Below, piece by piece: positions 10,227 through 19,953 of a DNA stretch of 64,000 nucleotides. The position numbers and the translations under genes were made by a program. This stretch comes from an uncultured Erysipelotrichaceae bacterium (GTDB lineage Bacteria; Bacillota_I; Bacilli_A; RF39; UBA660). The DNA lies in contig CACXGO010000002.1 of assembly GCA_902767245.1 (NCBI GenBank), positions 6,343 to 70,342 of the forward strand, written 5' to 3'. Within the stretch, counting starts at the first letter, position 1, and the number at the start of each line of letters is the position of its first letter. Under the pieces are notes generated by a model. The model had not been told where the DNA came from and ran no database searches. It saw only the letters and a program-made list of their open reading frames with translations.

Positions 10227-11747
10227 ATGGAATTTATTAAAAATTTAATAAAAAGAATTAGTGAAAATTATTTGAATTTTTTTAAAAATTATTTGATAAG
10301 TAATATTTTTATTATTATATCAACTATATTAGCAATTATTTTTTTAGATACAGAAACAGGTTTAGATTTATTTAAATATGAAATGTTTTTTGTTATTAAT
10401 ACATTTACAATTGAAAATTTCTTTAAAACTAAAAAATCAAGAATTATTGGATATATAATTGCTTTTATAATTGCCATTATTCTGGGTTATTTATTTAATA
10501 ACTATGAAGAATCATTTGAAAACTTTTTCATTTTTTATGTAATAAGTATGTCTTCAATTAATCTTTATTACATTATAAAAAAATCGTCATTAGAGTTAAA
10601 CAATTATTTGCATAATTTGTTTAGTAATTTAGTAACTACAACAATTATTAATATTGTTTTAAATATTGGTATTTTTGCTGTTTTAAGCGTCATTACAGTT
10701 TTATTAATACCTGACTATGATTTTGATTTATTTTTAAGAGCTGAAGTTGCTATTTTAGGATTTTATACAATTCCTGCTTATTTGTATGCATTTATTAATA
10801 AAGAAACAAAGGTAACAGAACTTGCTAATGTTTTATTAAAATATGTAATTATACCTCTTACTTATATTGCAGTTTTAGTTGTCTATTTATATATTTTTAA
10901 GATAATAATTACTAATAATATGCCATCTAATTCTGTATTTGGAATTATTTTAGCATTATTTATTGAATGTATACCAATCTTCATTTTGTTTAAGAGTTTA
11001 GATTTTAAGCATAAGTTTCTTATATTTATTGATAATAATATTACTTTTATTTTTCTACCACTTTACGTACTTCAAGCCTATGCCATGATTATAAGAGTTA
11101 TGACATATGGTTTAACTAAAGATCGTTACTTAGGCTTAATGATTTTATTTGTTGAAGCATTTATTCTTTTCTTAATGAAGTTTAAAAAAAGAAAATATTT
11201 AATAAACATTTTCTATGTTTTTATAGCATGTTCTTTAATTACTTTTATAATTCCTGGAATAAATTATGAAGATGCAAGTATATATTACCAAAAAAATGTT
11301 GTTGAAAGCATTTTAAAAGATAAAAAAATTTCTCAATTAAATGGCGAAGAAAAAGCTAAATTAGTAGGAGCTTACAATTATTTGAAGAGCGAAAACGCTT
11401 TGGAAAAGTTAAAAATTAAAATTGATGAGCATGAAATATTAGAAGAAAATTATGATTATTTTTATAAAGAATATAATGCAAACGAAGATGTAATTGATGT
11501 TTCTAAATATAAACAATTACAACAAGTATCTTATGATGGTACAATAACAAATGGAATTGTAAAACTTGACATTTATCAAATTGATTTAAGTGAAATTATT
11601 AATAAAGTTATCAATGATGAAGAATTGAAAGAATTAATTATTAAATTAGATGAAAATCATGATTTATATGTTACAACTATGGTTATAAGCGGTAAAAATA
11701 AAATAGCAGACCACTATAGTATTGTAGGATATTCATTAACTAAATAA
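10227..11747 (+). CDS. large polytopic membrane protein (DUF4153-like) with soluble C-terminal region
   Basis: 506 aa with about 10 hydrophobic segments followed by ~170 hydrophilic residues. Confidence 0.4.
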   Translation: MEFIKNLIKRISENYLNFFKNYLISNIFIIISTILAIIFLDTETGLDLFKYEMFFVINTFTIENFFKTKKSRIIGYIIAFIIAIILGYLFNNYEESFENFFIFYVISMSSINLYYIIKKSSLELNNYLHNLFSNLVTTTIINIVLNIGIFAVLSVITVLLIPDYDFDLFLRAEVAILGFYTIPAYLYAFINKETKVTELANVLLKYVIIPLTYIAVLVVYLYIFKIIITNNMPSNSVFGIILALFIECIPIFILFKSLDFKHKFLIFIDNNITFIFLPLYVLQAYAMIIRVMTYGLTKDRYLGLMILFVEAFILFLMKFKKRKYLINIFYVFIACSLITFIIPGINYEDASIYYQKNVVESILKDKKISQLNGEEKAKLVGAYNYLKSENALEKLKIKIDEHEILEENYDYFYKEYNANEDVIDVSKYKQLQQVSYDGTITNGIVKLDIYQIDLSEIINKVINDEELKELIIKLDENHDLYVTTMVISGKNKIADHYSIVGYSLTK

Positions 11748-11796
11748 GAGGATTATCAAATCTTCTTATTTTTGTTATAATTGAATTGGTGGTAAT

Positions 11797-12969
11797 ATGG
11801 ATGTAATTGTTATAGGAGCAGGAGCAAGTGGCATTATAGCAGCTTTAAGATTAAATAAAAAAGCAAATGTTACTTTACTTGAAAAAAATGACAAATGTTG
11901 TAAAAAAATATTAATAACAGGTAATGGAAAATGCAATTATTGGAATTCAAATATTGATATTAATAAATATAATACTGATTCTAAAGAAAAATTGGCAAAA
12001 ATTCTTGAAAAAAAAGATAGTACATTTGATTATTTAAGTAATCTAGGAATCTATCCGACTATTAAAAATGGTTATTATTATCCACATTCAGAATCAAGCA
12101 TGAGCATTAAAGAAATATTTACAAAAGCATTAAATAAAGTTAATGTTGTTTATAATGTTGAAGTTTTAGATATAAAAAAAGATAATAATAAATTTAGAAT
12201 TATTACAAATGAAAAAGAATATGTATGTGATAAACTCATTCTTGCAATGGGATCTAAAGCGGCACCTAAAACTGGCAGTGATGGAAGAGTGTATGATGTA
12301 TTACAGAATTTGGGTTTAAAAATAAAACCTGTTTTGCCAGCTTTAGTTGGACTTAAAGCTAATGAGTCATATTTAAAAGATTGGAATGGATTAAGAGTTG
12401 AAGCAAAACTAAAACTATTTATTAATAATGAGCTTTTTAAAGAAAGTAGTGGTGAACTTCAATTAACAGATTATGGTATAAGTGGTATTTGTACATTCAA
12501 TCTTAGTTCAATAGTAGCTTCATCTTTACATGCTAAGAAGGAAGTAAATATTATAATTGATTTTTTTGAAAAAGATTTTTATGATTTTATGGAAAATTAT
12601 AAATTAGATTTAACATTAGAAGAAGCTTTAGAAAGTATATTTCATTATAAACTTATGCACATATTTTTTAAGCTTTCAAAAGTTAATAAAAATAAAAAAT
12701 GGAAAGAACTAACAATAAAAGAAAAGAAAAATCTTGCCAGTATAATAAATAATTTTAATTTAAACATAGTTGAAACAAATGGCTTTGAAAGAGCTCAAGT
12801 ATGCACAGGTGGACTTTCATTAGATGAAATTAATCCTGAAACCATGGAAACTAGCATAAGGAATCTTTATGTAATTGGGGAAACACTAGATGTTGATGGC
12901 GAATGTGGAGGCTTTAATTTAGCATTTGCATTTATAACTGGATATATAGTAGGTGATATTGATGCTTAG
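11797..12969 (+). CDS. HI0933/BaiN-like FAD-dependent oxidoreductase
   Basis: Dinucleotide-binding VIVIGAGASGIIAA and the ITGNGKCN motif typical of the family. Confidence 0.75.
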   Translation: MDVIVIGAGASGIIAALRLNKKANVTLLEKNDKCCKKILITGNGKCNYWNSNIDINKYNTDSKEKLAKILEKKDSTFDYLSNLGIYPTIKNGYYYPHSESSMSIKEIFTKALNKVNVVYNVEVLDIKKDNNKFRIITNEKEYVCDKLILAMGSKAAPKTGSDGRVYDVLQNLGLKIKPVLPALVGLKANESYLKDWNGLRVEAKLKLFINNELFKESSGELQLTDYGISGICTFNLSSIVASSLHAKKEVNIIIDFFEKDFYDFMENYKLDLTLEEALESIFHYKLMHIFFKLSKVNKNKKWKELTIKEKKNLASIINNFNLNIVETNGFERAQVCTGGLSLDEINPETMETSIRNLYVIGETLDVDGECGGFNLAFAFITGYIVGDIDA

Positions 12970-14524
12970 AGTTCGTCAGGTAAAAGTTGATGTTTTAAAA
13001 AAAGATATTGTTGCTTCAATCGCCAAGAAATTGAAAATAAATGAAAATGACATTATTGACTATGAAATTATTAAAGAATCAATTGATGCAAGAAATAAAG
13101 ATAAAATATATTTTGTTTATGAAGTTGATGTAAAGGTAAAACATGAAAATAAAATAGTTAAGAGTAAAGATGTTTTTGAAAGCTATAGAAGAGAATATAT
13201 TTTTAATAAAACGGGATTTGAAGAGTTAAAATATAGACCAGTAATTGTAGGATCAGGTCCAGCAGGTCTATTTGCAGCTTATATTTTAGCAGAAAATGGT
13301 TATAAACCTTTAGTAATAGAACGTGGGCCAATGATTGAAGAAAGAATTCAAGATGTTGAAAAGTTTTTTGAAAATGGGAAGTTAAAATTAGATTCGAATG
13401 TGCAATTTGGTGAAGGTGGGGCTGGAACATTTTCGGATGGCAAACTAAATACTATGGTAAAAGATTTAGAAAATCGCCATTTTAAGGTTTTTGAAACTTT
13501 TATTAAGTGTGGGGCTCCAAGTGATATTATGTATTCAGCGCGTCCTCATATTGGAACCAATTTACTTCGTATTGTAATTAAAAATATGCGTGAAAAAATA
13601 ATTGAAATGGGTGGCGAATTTAAATTTAATTCGAAACTAACAGATTTAATTATTGAAGATAATTGTTTAAAAGAAATAGTTGTTAATGATAGTGATCATA
13701 TAAAAACAAAAATACTTATTTTAGCACTTGGTCATAGTGCTCGTGATACTTTTAAAATGCTACTTAAAAATGGATTAAATATGGAAGCTAAACCATTTGC
13801 AGTTGGTGTTAGGGCATCTCATAGTCAAAATATGATTAACGAATCACAATATGGAAAAAAATATAAAGATGTTTTACCGCCAGCAAGTTACAAATTAACT
13901 TGTCAAGTTGGGTCTAGGGGAGTTTACACATTTTGTATGTGCCCAGGAGGCTATGTTATAAATGCCTCAAGTGAAAAGGGACTGCTAGCGATTAATGGTA
14001 TGAGTAATCATGAACGTGGAAGTGAAAATGCGAATAGTGCTATTATTGTTACAGTTGGACCTAATGATTTTGGATTCAATCCATTAGATGGAGTAGAATA
14101 TCAAAGAAATTTAGAACATAAAGCATATGAACTTGCTTCAGGTAAAATTCCTGTTCAATTATTAAAAGATTTTAATGAAAACAAAAGAACAACAGAATTT
14201 GGTAAAGTGAAACCTATATTTAAAGGTGAATATGCATTTGCCAATTTGAATGAGTTATTACCTAAATATGTAAGTGATTCGTTAAAAGAAGCATTTAAAA
14301 TTTTTGGCAAAAAAATAAAAGGTTTTGACTTTGAAGATACTATATTGGCTGGAATTGAAAGTCGCACCAGTTCTCCTGTTAGAATTATTAGAAATGAAGA
14401 TTTTTTAAGCAATATCGAAGGAATTTATCCATGCGGGGAAGGCGCAGGTTACGCTGGTGGCATTACATCAGCAGCAATAGATGGTATCAAAGTAGCAGAA
14501 GCAATAGGAAAAATTTATAAGTAA
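12962..14524 (+). CDS. FAD-dependent protein (COG2509-like oxidoreductase)
   Basis: PVIVGSGPAGLFAA, GAGTFSDGKL and the C-terminal CGEGAGYAGGI motif. ATG 12962 follows AGGTGA by 5 nt. Confidence 0.7.
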   Translation: MLRVRQVKVDVLKKDIVASIAKKLKINENDIIDYEIIKESIDARNKDKIYFVYEVDVKVKHENKIVKSKDVFESYRREYIFNKTGFEELKYRPVIVGSGPAGLFAAYILAENGYKPLVIERGPMIEERIQDVEKFFENGKLKLDSNVQFGEGGAGTFSDGKLNTMVKDLENRHFKVFETFIKCGAPSDIMYSARPHIGTNLLRIVIKNMREKIIEMGGEFKFNSKLTDLIIEDNCLKEIVVNDSDHIKTKILILALGHSARDTFKMLLKNGLNMEAKPFAVGVRASHSQNMINESQYGKKYKDVLPPASYKLTCQVGSRGVYTFCMCPGGYVINASSEKGLLAINGMSNHERGSENANSAIIVTVGPNDFGFNPLDGVEYQRNLEHKAYELASGKIPVQLLKDFNENKRTTEFGKVKPIFKGEYAFANLNELLPKYVSDSLKEAFKIFGKKIKGFDFEDTILAGIESRTSSPVRIIRNEDFLSNIEGIYPCGEGAGYAGGITSAAIDGIKVAEAIGKIYK

Positions 14525-14633
14525 CTTGTAAAAAATATATTATTATGATATTGTGTATATAGATGAGGGAAACTTCATAAAATAAAAAAGCGGAACACTT
14601 AATACTTGCATGCTGAGTGTTGCCAAAGTTGAC

Positions 14634-14666
14634 TTCACCTAACTATGTTTAGTTAGGTGAATTTTT
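14634..14666 (+). terminator. rho-independent terminator (12-bp stem), possibly shared with a convergent minus-strand small gene
   Basis: TTCACCTAACTA-TGTT-TAGTTAGGTGAA followed by T5. Confidence 0.8.
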
Positions 14667-14670
14667 ATAT

Positions 14671-14748
14671 TTAGACTATAAAAAGTAGTAATAATAGTAA
14701 AAAGATGATTATTACTAAAGAAGAGATTAAAAAATCTTTCTTATTCAT
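14671..14748 (-). CDS. 25-aa hydrophobic peptide, candidate type I toxin or small membrane protein
   Basis: MNKKDFLISSLVIIIFLLLLLLFIV, below the ORF-track size cutoff. GGAGA lies 8 nt upstream of the ATG, and an extended -10 TGCTATAAT lies at 14821..14813 on the minus strand. Confidence 0.45.
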   Translation of the reverse strand: MNKKDFLISSLVIIIFLLLLLLFIV

Positions 14749-14928
14749 AACCATCATCTCCAATCTTAAAGAAAAGAGGCATCACCCAACTTATTAAATG
14801 TTCCTTATATCGATTATAGCAAACATTAGTTCTGTATGCGATATTCTGATATAAAAATATTGAAGTAAACCACAGGTTGCTTTAATAGTTTTTTGTTATA
14901 TGCTAATATTTATTTCGGAGGAGATAAA

Positions 14929-15855
14929 GTGAATCAAGAAAAAATTGGTAGTTTTATATCTAAAAAAAGAAAAGAAAAAAAGTTAACTCAAGAAGCATTA
15001 GCTGAAAAATTAAATGTTAGTAAAAATGCGGTTTCAAAGTGGGAACGTGGTATATGTTTAATGGATATGTCACTTTTAAAACCACTTTCAGAAATACTTG
15101 ATGTTTCAATTAATGAAATATTAAATGGTGAAGAAATAAAAAAAGAGGAATTAAAAGAAAAAACCGATGAAGTATTAAATAATACTATTAATTATTCAAC
15201 TAAGAAGATAAAAAAAATTAAGAATAAAATATTATTTATTGTTTTAGTTTCAATAATTATCTTGTTTTTGGGAACATTTTTAATTGACTATAAGCGAATT
15301 AAAGAAAATCTAAATCCACTTTTTATGATTCCTATTTCTGAAAATGGGAGTGAATATACTTATCTTGGCCCTGGTTATAAGATGGTTAAAAAGACAAGTG
15401 TTTCTCCACTTGAACCTCTTGTTAATAGTCGGGAAATTCGTTTTGGACTTTGGTTTTTTACTTGGCAAGTAAAAATATTTAATACAAAACCATATAATAT
15501 TTGGATAACAAATGGTGATAATAGTATTTTAATGAATGTTGGATCATATTGTATAACAGATACTATTGAGGATGATAAATCAAGTGAGTGTGGTCTTTCT
15601 ATTCCAATTGAAAAAATAAAATATAAAGAAGTTTTAGAAGCTTTTAAAAATCAAACTATTGAATTAGACTCTAAATTTGTAAAAATATCTCAAGTAAGAT
15701 TTTATGATTTAAATGGAAATAAAATAAATATTGCTATTTCAAACAAAAAATACAGTTTTAAAGTACCAGATTTATTAGGAGAGTATTTAGTACTACTTGA
15801 TACTATTTCAGAAAGAGGTAGTGTTTGGTACTCATTTAAAATAAGCATAAACTAA
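14929..15855 (+). CDS. membrane-anchored XRE-family HTH transcriptional regulator
   Basis: LTQEALAEKLNVSKNAVSKWERG HTH, one TM helix (ILFIVLVSIIILFLGTFLI) and a ~190-aa C-terminal domain of unknown type. GTG 14929 follows GGAGGAG. Confidence 0.7.
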   Translation: MNQEKIGSFISKKRKEKKLTQEALAEKLNVSKNAVSKWERGICLMDMSLLKPLSEILDVSINEILNGEEIKKEELKEKTDEVLNNTINYSTKKIKKIKNKILFIVLVSIIILFLGTFLIDYKRIKENLNPLFMIPISENGSEYTYLGPGYKMVKKTSVSPLEPLVNSREIRFGLWFFTWQVKIFNTKPYNIWITNGDNSILMNVGSYCITDTIEDDKSSECGLSIPIEKIKYKEVLEAFKNQTIELDSKFVKISQVRFYDLNGNKINIAISNKKYSFKVPDLLGEYLVLLDTISERGSVWYSFKISIN

Positions 15856-15912
15856 TTTTACATTTTTTTACATAGATGCTATAATTAAATGGTATATAGT
15901 AAAGGTGGTATT

Positions 15913-16764
15913 ATGAGAAAGAAATTTGGCAAAAGAGTAAAAGATATTACGGGAATGATGCAACTTAATTGTGACATTAGAAAAACAAGACAAGAAAGCT
16001 ATTTATATGCAAGTCCGAAATTTGATGTTACTGAATTAATGGAGTATTTAGAAAAAAGAAAGAAAAATGGTGATCATATAACTTTCTTTCATGCCTTTTT
16101 AGCTGCTATTGGTAAAGTTTTTTATAATCGCCCAGTTTTAAATCGTTTTGTAAAAAATAGACATATATATGAACATCCAGATGTTTCATTTGCATTTGTT
16201 GCAAAAATTGCTTTTGATGATAAGGCTGAAGAAATGATGCTTCAATGCAAAATTGATCCTAATGATAATATTGATACAATAAGTAAAAAAATAGCTGAAA
16301 AAGTTGAAAAGATTAGAGAAAGTGCTAAAAATGTTGATAAAAAGGGTGCTAACAATGCTATGGATGTTTTAGCAAAACTTCCTAATATTATTAGAGTTCC
16401 AGTTGTTGGTTTTTTCAAATGGTTAGATAAGATCGGTTATCTACCTGATTTTCTTGCTAATGATAATATTTACTATAGTAGTTTAATTCTTTCAAATTTA
16501 GGTTCTTTTAAATTTGATGCTATTCATCATAATATTAATGAATTTGGAATTTCTAGTGGTCTTGCTACAATTGGAGAAATTCGTGAAGAAGAAGTTATAA
16601 TTGACGGCAAAAAAAAGATTCGAAAAATGTTTGAACTTGGAGCTAATTATGACGAAAGGGCAACAGATGGATTTTATTTAATAAAATCATTAAATTTATT
16701 ACAATACATTTTTGATAATCCAGAAATGTTAGAAGAAGATGCATCTAAAAAAATTGATTTTTAA
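15913..16764 (+). CDS. 2-oxoacid dehydrogenase acyltransferase catalytic-domain-like protein
   Basis: Stand-alone domain with HHNINEFG and DERATDGFY, resembling the E2 catalytic H-x-x-x-D-G region. AAAGGTGG SD before ATG 15913. Confidence 0.5.
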   Translation: MRKKFGKRVKDITGMMQLNCDIRKTRQESYLYASPKFDVTELMEYLEKRKKNGDHITFFHAFLAAIGKVFYNRPVLNRFVKNRHIYEHPDVSFAFVAKIAFDDKAEEMMLQCKIDPNDNIDTISKKIAEKVEKIRESAKNVDKKGANNAMDVLAKLPNIIRVPVVGFFKWLDKIGYLPDFLANDNIYYSSLILSNLGSFKFDAIHHNINEFGISSGLATIGEIREEEVIIDGKKKIRKMFELGANYDERATDGFYLIKSLNLLQYIFDNPEMLEEDASKKIDF

Positions 16765-16804
16765 TTAAATCAATTTTTTAATTATAATAATTGACAAATA
16801 GTGA

Positions 16805-18222
<1,418 letters not shown>

Positions 18223-18223
<1 letters not shown>

Positions 18224-18247
18224 CAGTTTAAAAAAACTGCTTTTTTT
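18223..18247 (+). terminator. rho-independent terminator
   Basis: GCAGTTT..AAACTGC followed by T7. Confidence 0.8.
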
Positions 18248-18271
18248 GTTAAAATAATTTTAGGTGATAAT

Positions 18272-18754
18272 ATGAAAAAAGCAATAGTTTATTATTCATT
18301 GACAGGAAATACTGATTATGTAGCTAAAAAAATATCTAAAAAAATAAATGCTGATTTGATTAGACTTGAAGTTGAAAAGAGCTATCCTGATTCAGGATTT
18401 AAAAAGTATTTTTGGTGTGGTAAAAGTGCAGTAATGAAAGATACACCGAAATTAAAAAAATATGATTTTAAGGATTATGACTTAATTATTTTTGGAACTC
18501 CGGTATGGGCTAGTAATTTTACACCACCATTAAGAACTTTTATTAATGAAAATAAAGATAGGTTAAAAAATAAAAAATTTGCAGTTTTTATTTGTTTTAG
18601 TGGTGGCGGAGCCGATAAGGCGATTGAAAAACTAAAAAAGGAACTAGAAATAAATGAATTTGTTTGTGAATTAATATTAATTGATCCTAAAGATAAAGCT
18701 GATTTAAAAAATGATGAAAAAATTGATTCATTTGTAAAAAAAATAAATATTTAA
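18272..18754 (+). CDS. flavodoxin family protein
   Basis: Flavodoxin-like N-terminus KAIVYYSLTGNT and the FGTPVW motif. Confidence 0.7.
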   Translation: MKKAIVYYSLTGNTDYVAKKISKKINADLIRLEVEKSYPDSGFKKYFWCGKSAVMKDTPKLKKYDFKDYDLIIFGTPVWASNFTPPLRTFINENKDRLKNKKFAVFICFSGGGADKAIEKLKKELEINEFVCELILIDPKDKADLKNDEKIDSFVKKINI

Positions 18755-18778
18755 TGCTATAATTTAAGTGGTGGTATT

Positions 18779-19096
18779 ATGAAAAAAGTATTTGCGTTCA
18801 TTTTTATTTTATTCTTATTAACAGCTTGTTCTAGTAAAGAAGGGACAATCACAAAAATTAATTGTGATAAGATGAAAGAAGTAATGTCTTCAAAAGAAGC
18901 AGTCTTGCTTGATGTTAGAAGTAAAGAAGAATATGATGCAGGACATTTAGACAAAGCAAAAAATGAGCCATTAACAAAAATAGATGAGTTGGAAATAGAT
19001 AAAGAAACTCCAATTATTGTTTATTGCAAAAGTGGAGTTCGTAGTAACGAAGCTGCAAAAATGCTAAAAAAAAATGGGTTATATAAATATTTATGA
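18779..19096 (+). CDS. rhodanese-domain lipoprotein, C-terminus frameshifted
   Basis: Lipobox LTAC and active-site loop YCKSGVRS. The expected C-terminus GYINIYDLGAMSNCNV* continues in the next frame to 19127. Confidence 0.75.
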   Translation: MKKVFAFIFILFLLTACSSKEGTITKINCDKMKEVMSSKEAVLLDVRSKEEYDAGHLDKAKNEPLTKIDELEIDKETPIIVYCKSGVRSNEAAKMLKKNGLYKYL

Positions 19097-19128
19097 CTTA
19101 GGAGCTATGTCTAATTGCAATGTTTAAA

Positions 19129-19152
19129 AAGGTAAGAAATTACCTTTTTCGT
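19129..19152 (+). terminator. rho-independent terminator
   Basis: AAGGTAA..TTACCTT followed by a T-run, just after the out-of-frame stop at 19125-19127. Confidence 0.6.
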
Positions 19153-19215
19153 TTGCTTTAAGCATTATTCTTGTATCTTATATTCATTTGTTATATAATA
19201 ATAATGGTGTTAAAT

Positions 19216-19944
19216 ATGAAAAAAAACATTAAAAATATAAATGTTAATTATGAACTTTATGGTGAAGGGAATGACACAATTGTTTTACTTCATGGTTGGG
19301 GTCAGAATATTGAAATGATGAAACCAATTGGAGATAAAATGTGTTTTAATCATAAAGTTTTAATTGTTGATTTACCAGGTCATGGTTTAAGCGATGAACC
19401 TGATTTTGCTTGGACACTATATGATTATGTTGAAATGTTAAAAGAACTAATTGAATCTTTAAAACTTAAGAATATTATTTTAATTGGCCATTCTTTTGGG
19501 GGAAAGATTAGTTTGCTTTATGCAAGTAAATATGATGTTAAAAAGGTAGTTGTATTTGGTAGTCCATATAAGAAAAAAATTGAAAAAGAATCATTTAAAT
19601 TGAAAGTATTAAAAGGATTAAAGAAAATACCGGGGATTAATAAATTAGAAGGATTTGCCAAAAAGCACATTGGTTCAACTGATTATAAAAATGCTTCTAA
19701 AATAATGCGTGAAGTACTTGTAAATCATGTCAATTTAGATATAACTGAAGATGTAAAAAAAATAAAAGCACCATTATTAATTATTTGGGGTACTAATGAT
19801 CAAGCAGTTCCAATAGAAGATGCGTATGAGTTAGAAAAATTAGTTTCAGGTTCTGGATTAGTTGTTTATCCAGGTTGTACTCATTATGCATATTTAGAAA
19901 ACCTTGGTCAAACAATAAATGTTTTAAAAAGCTTTTTAGATTAG
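19216..19944 (+). CDS. alpha/beta hydrolase
   Basis: HGWG oxyanion region, nucleophile elbow GHSFGG and C-terminal H in GCTHYAY. Confidence 0.75.
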   Translation: MKKNIKNINVNYELYGEGNDTIVLLHGWGQNIEMMKPIGDKMCFNHKVLIVDLPGHGLSDEPDFAWTLYDYVEMLKELIESLKLKNIILIGHSFGGKISLLYASKYDVKKVVVFGSPYKKKIEKESFKLKVLKGLKKIPGINKLEGFAKKHIGSTDYKNASKIMREVLVNHVNLDITEDVKKIKAPLLIIWGTNDQAVPIEDAYELEKLVSGSGLVVYPGCTHYAYLENLGQTINVLKSFLD

Positions 19945-19953
19945 GAGGTTTAA

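Noticed and set aside
14706-14798. Plus-strand 30-aa ORF MIITKEEIKKSFLFITIISNLKEKRHHPTY in the long intergenic gap.
   Set aside because: It has only a weak AAAAAG context in place of an SD and no promoter. It is the mirror image of the better-supported minus-strand peptide gene (strong SD, extended -10).
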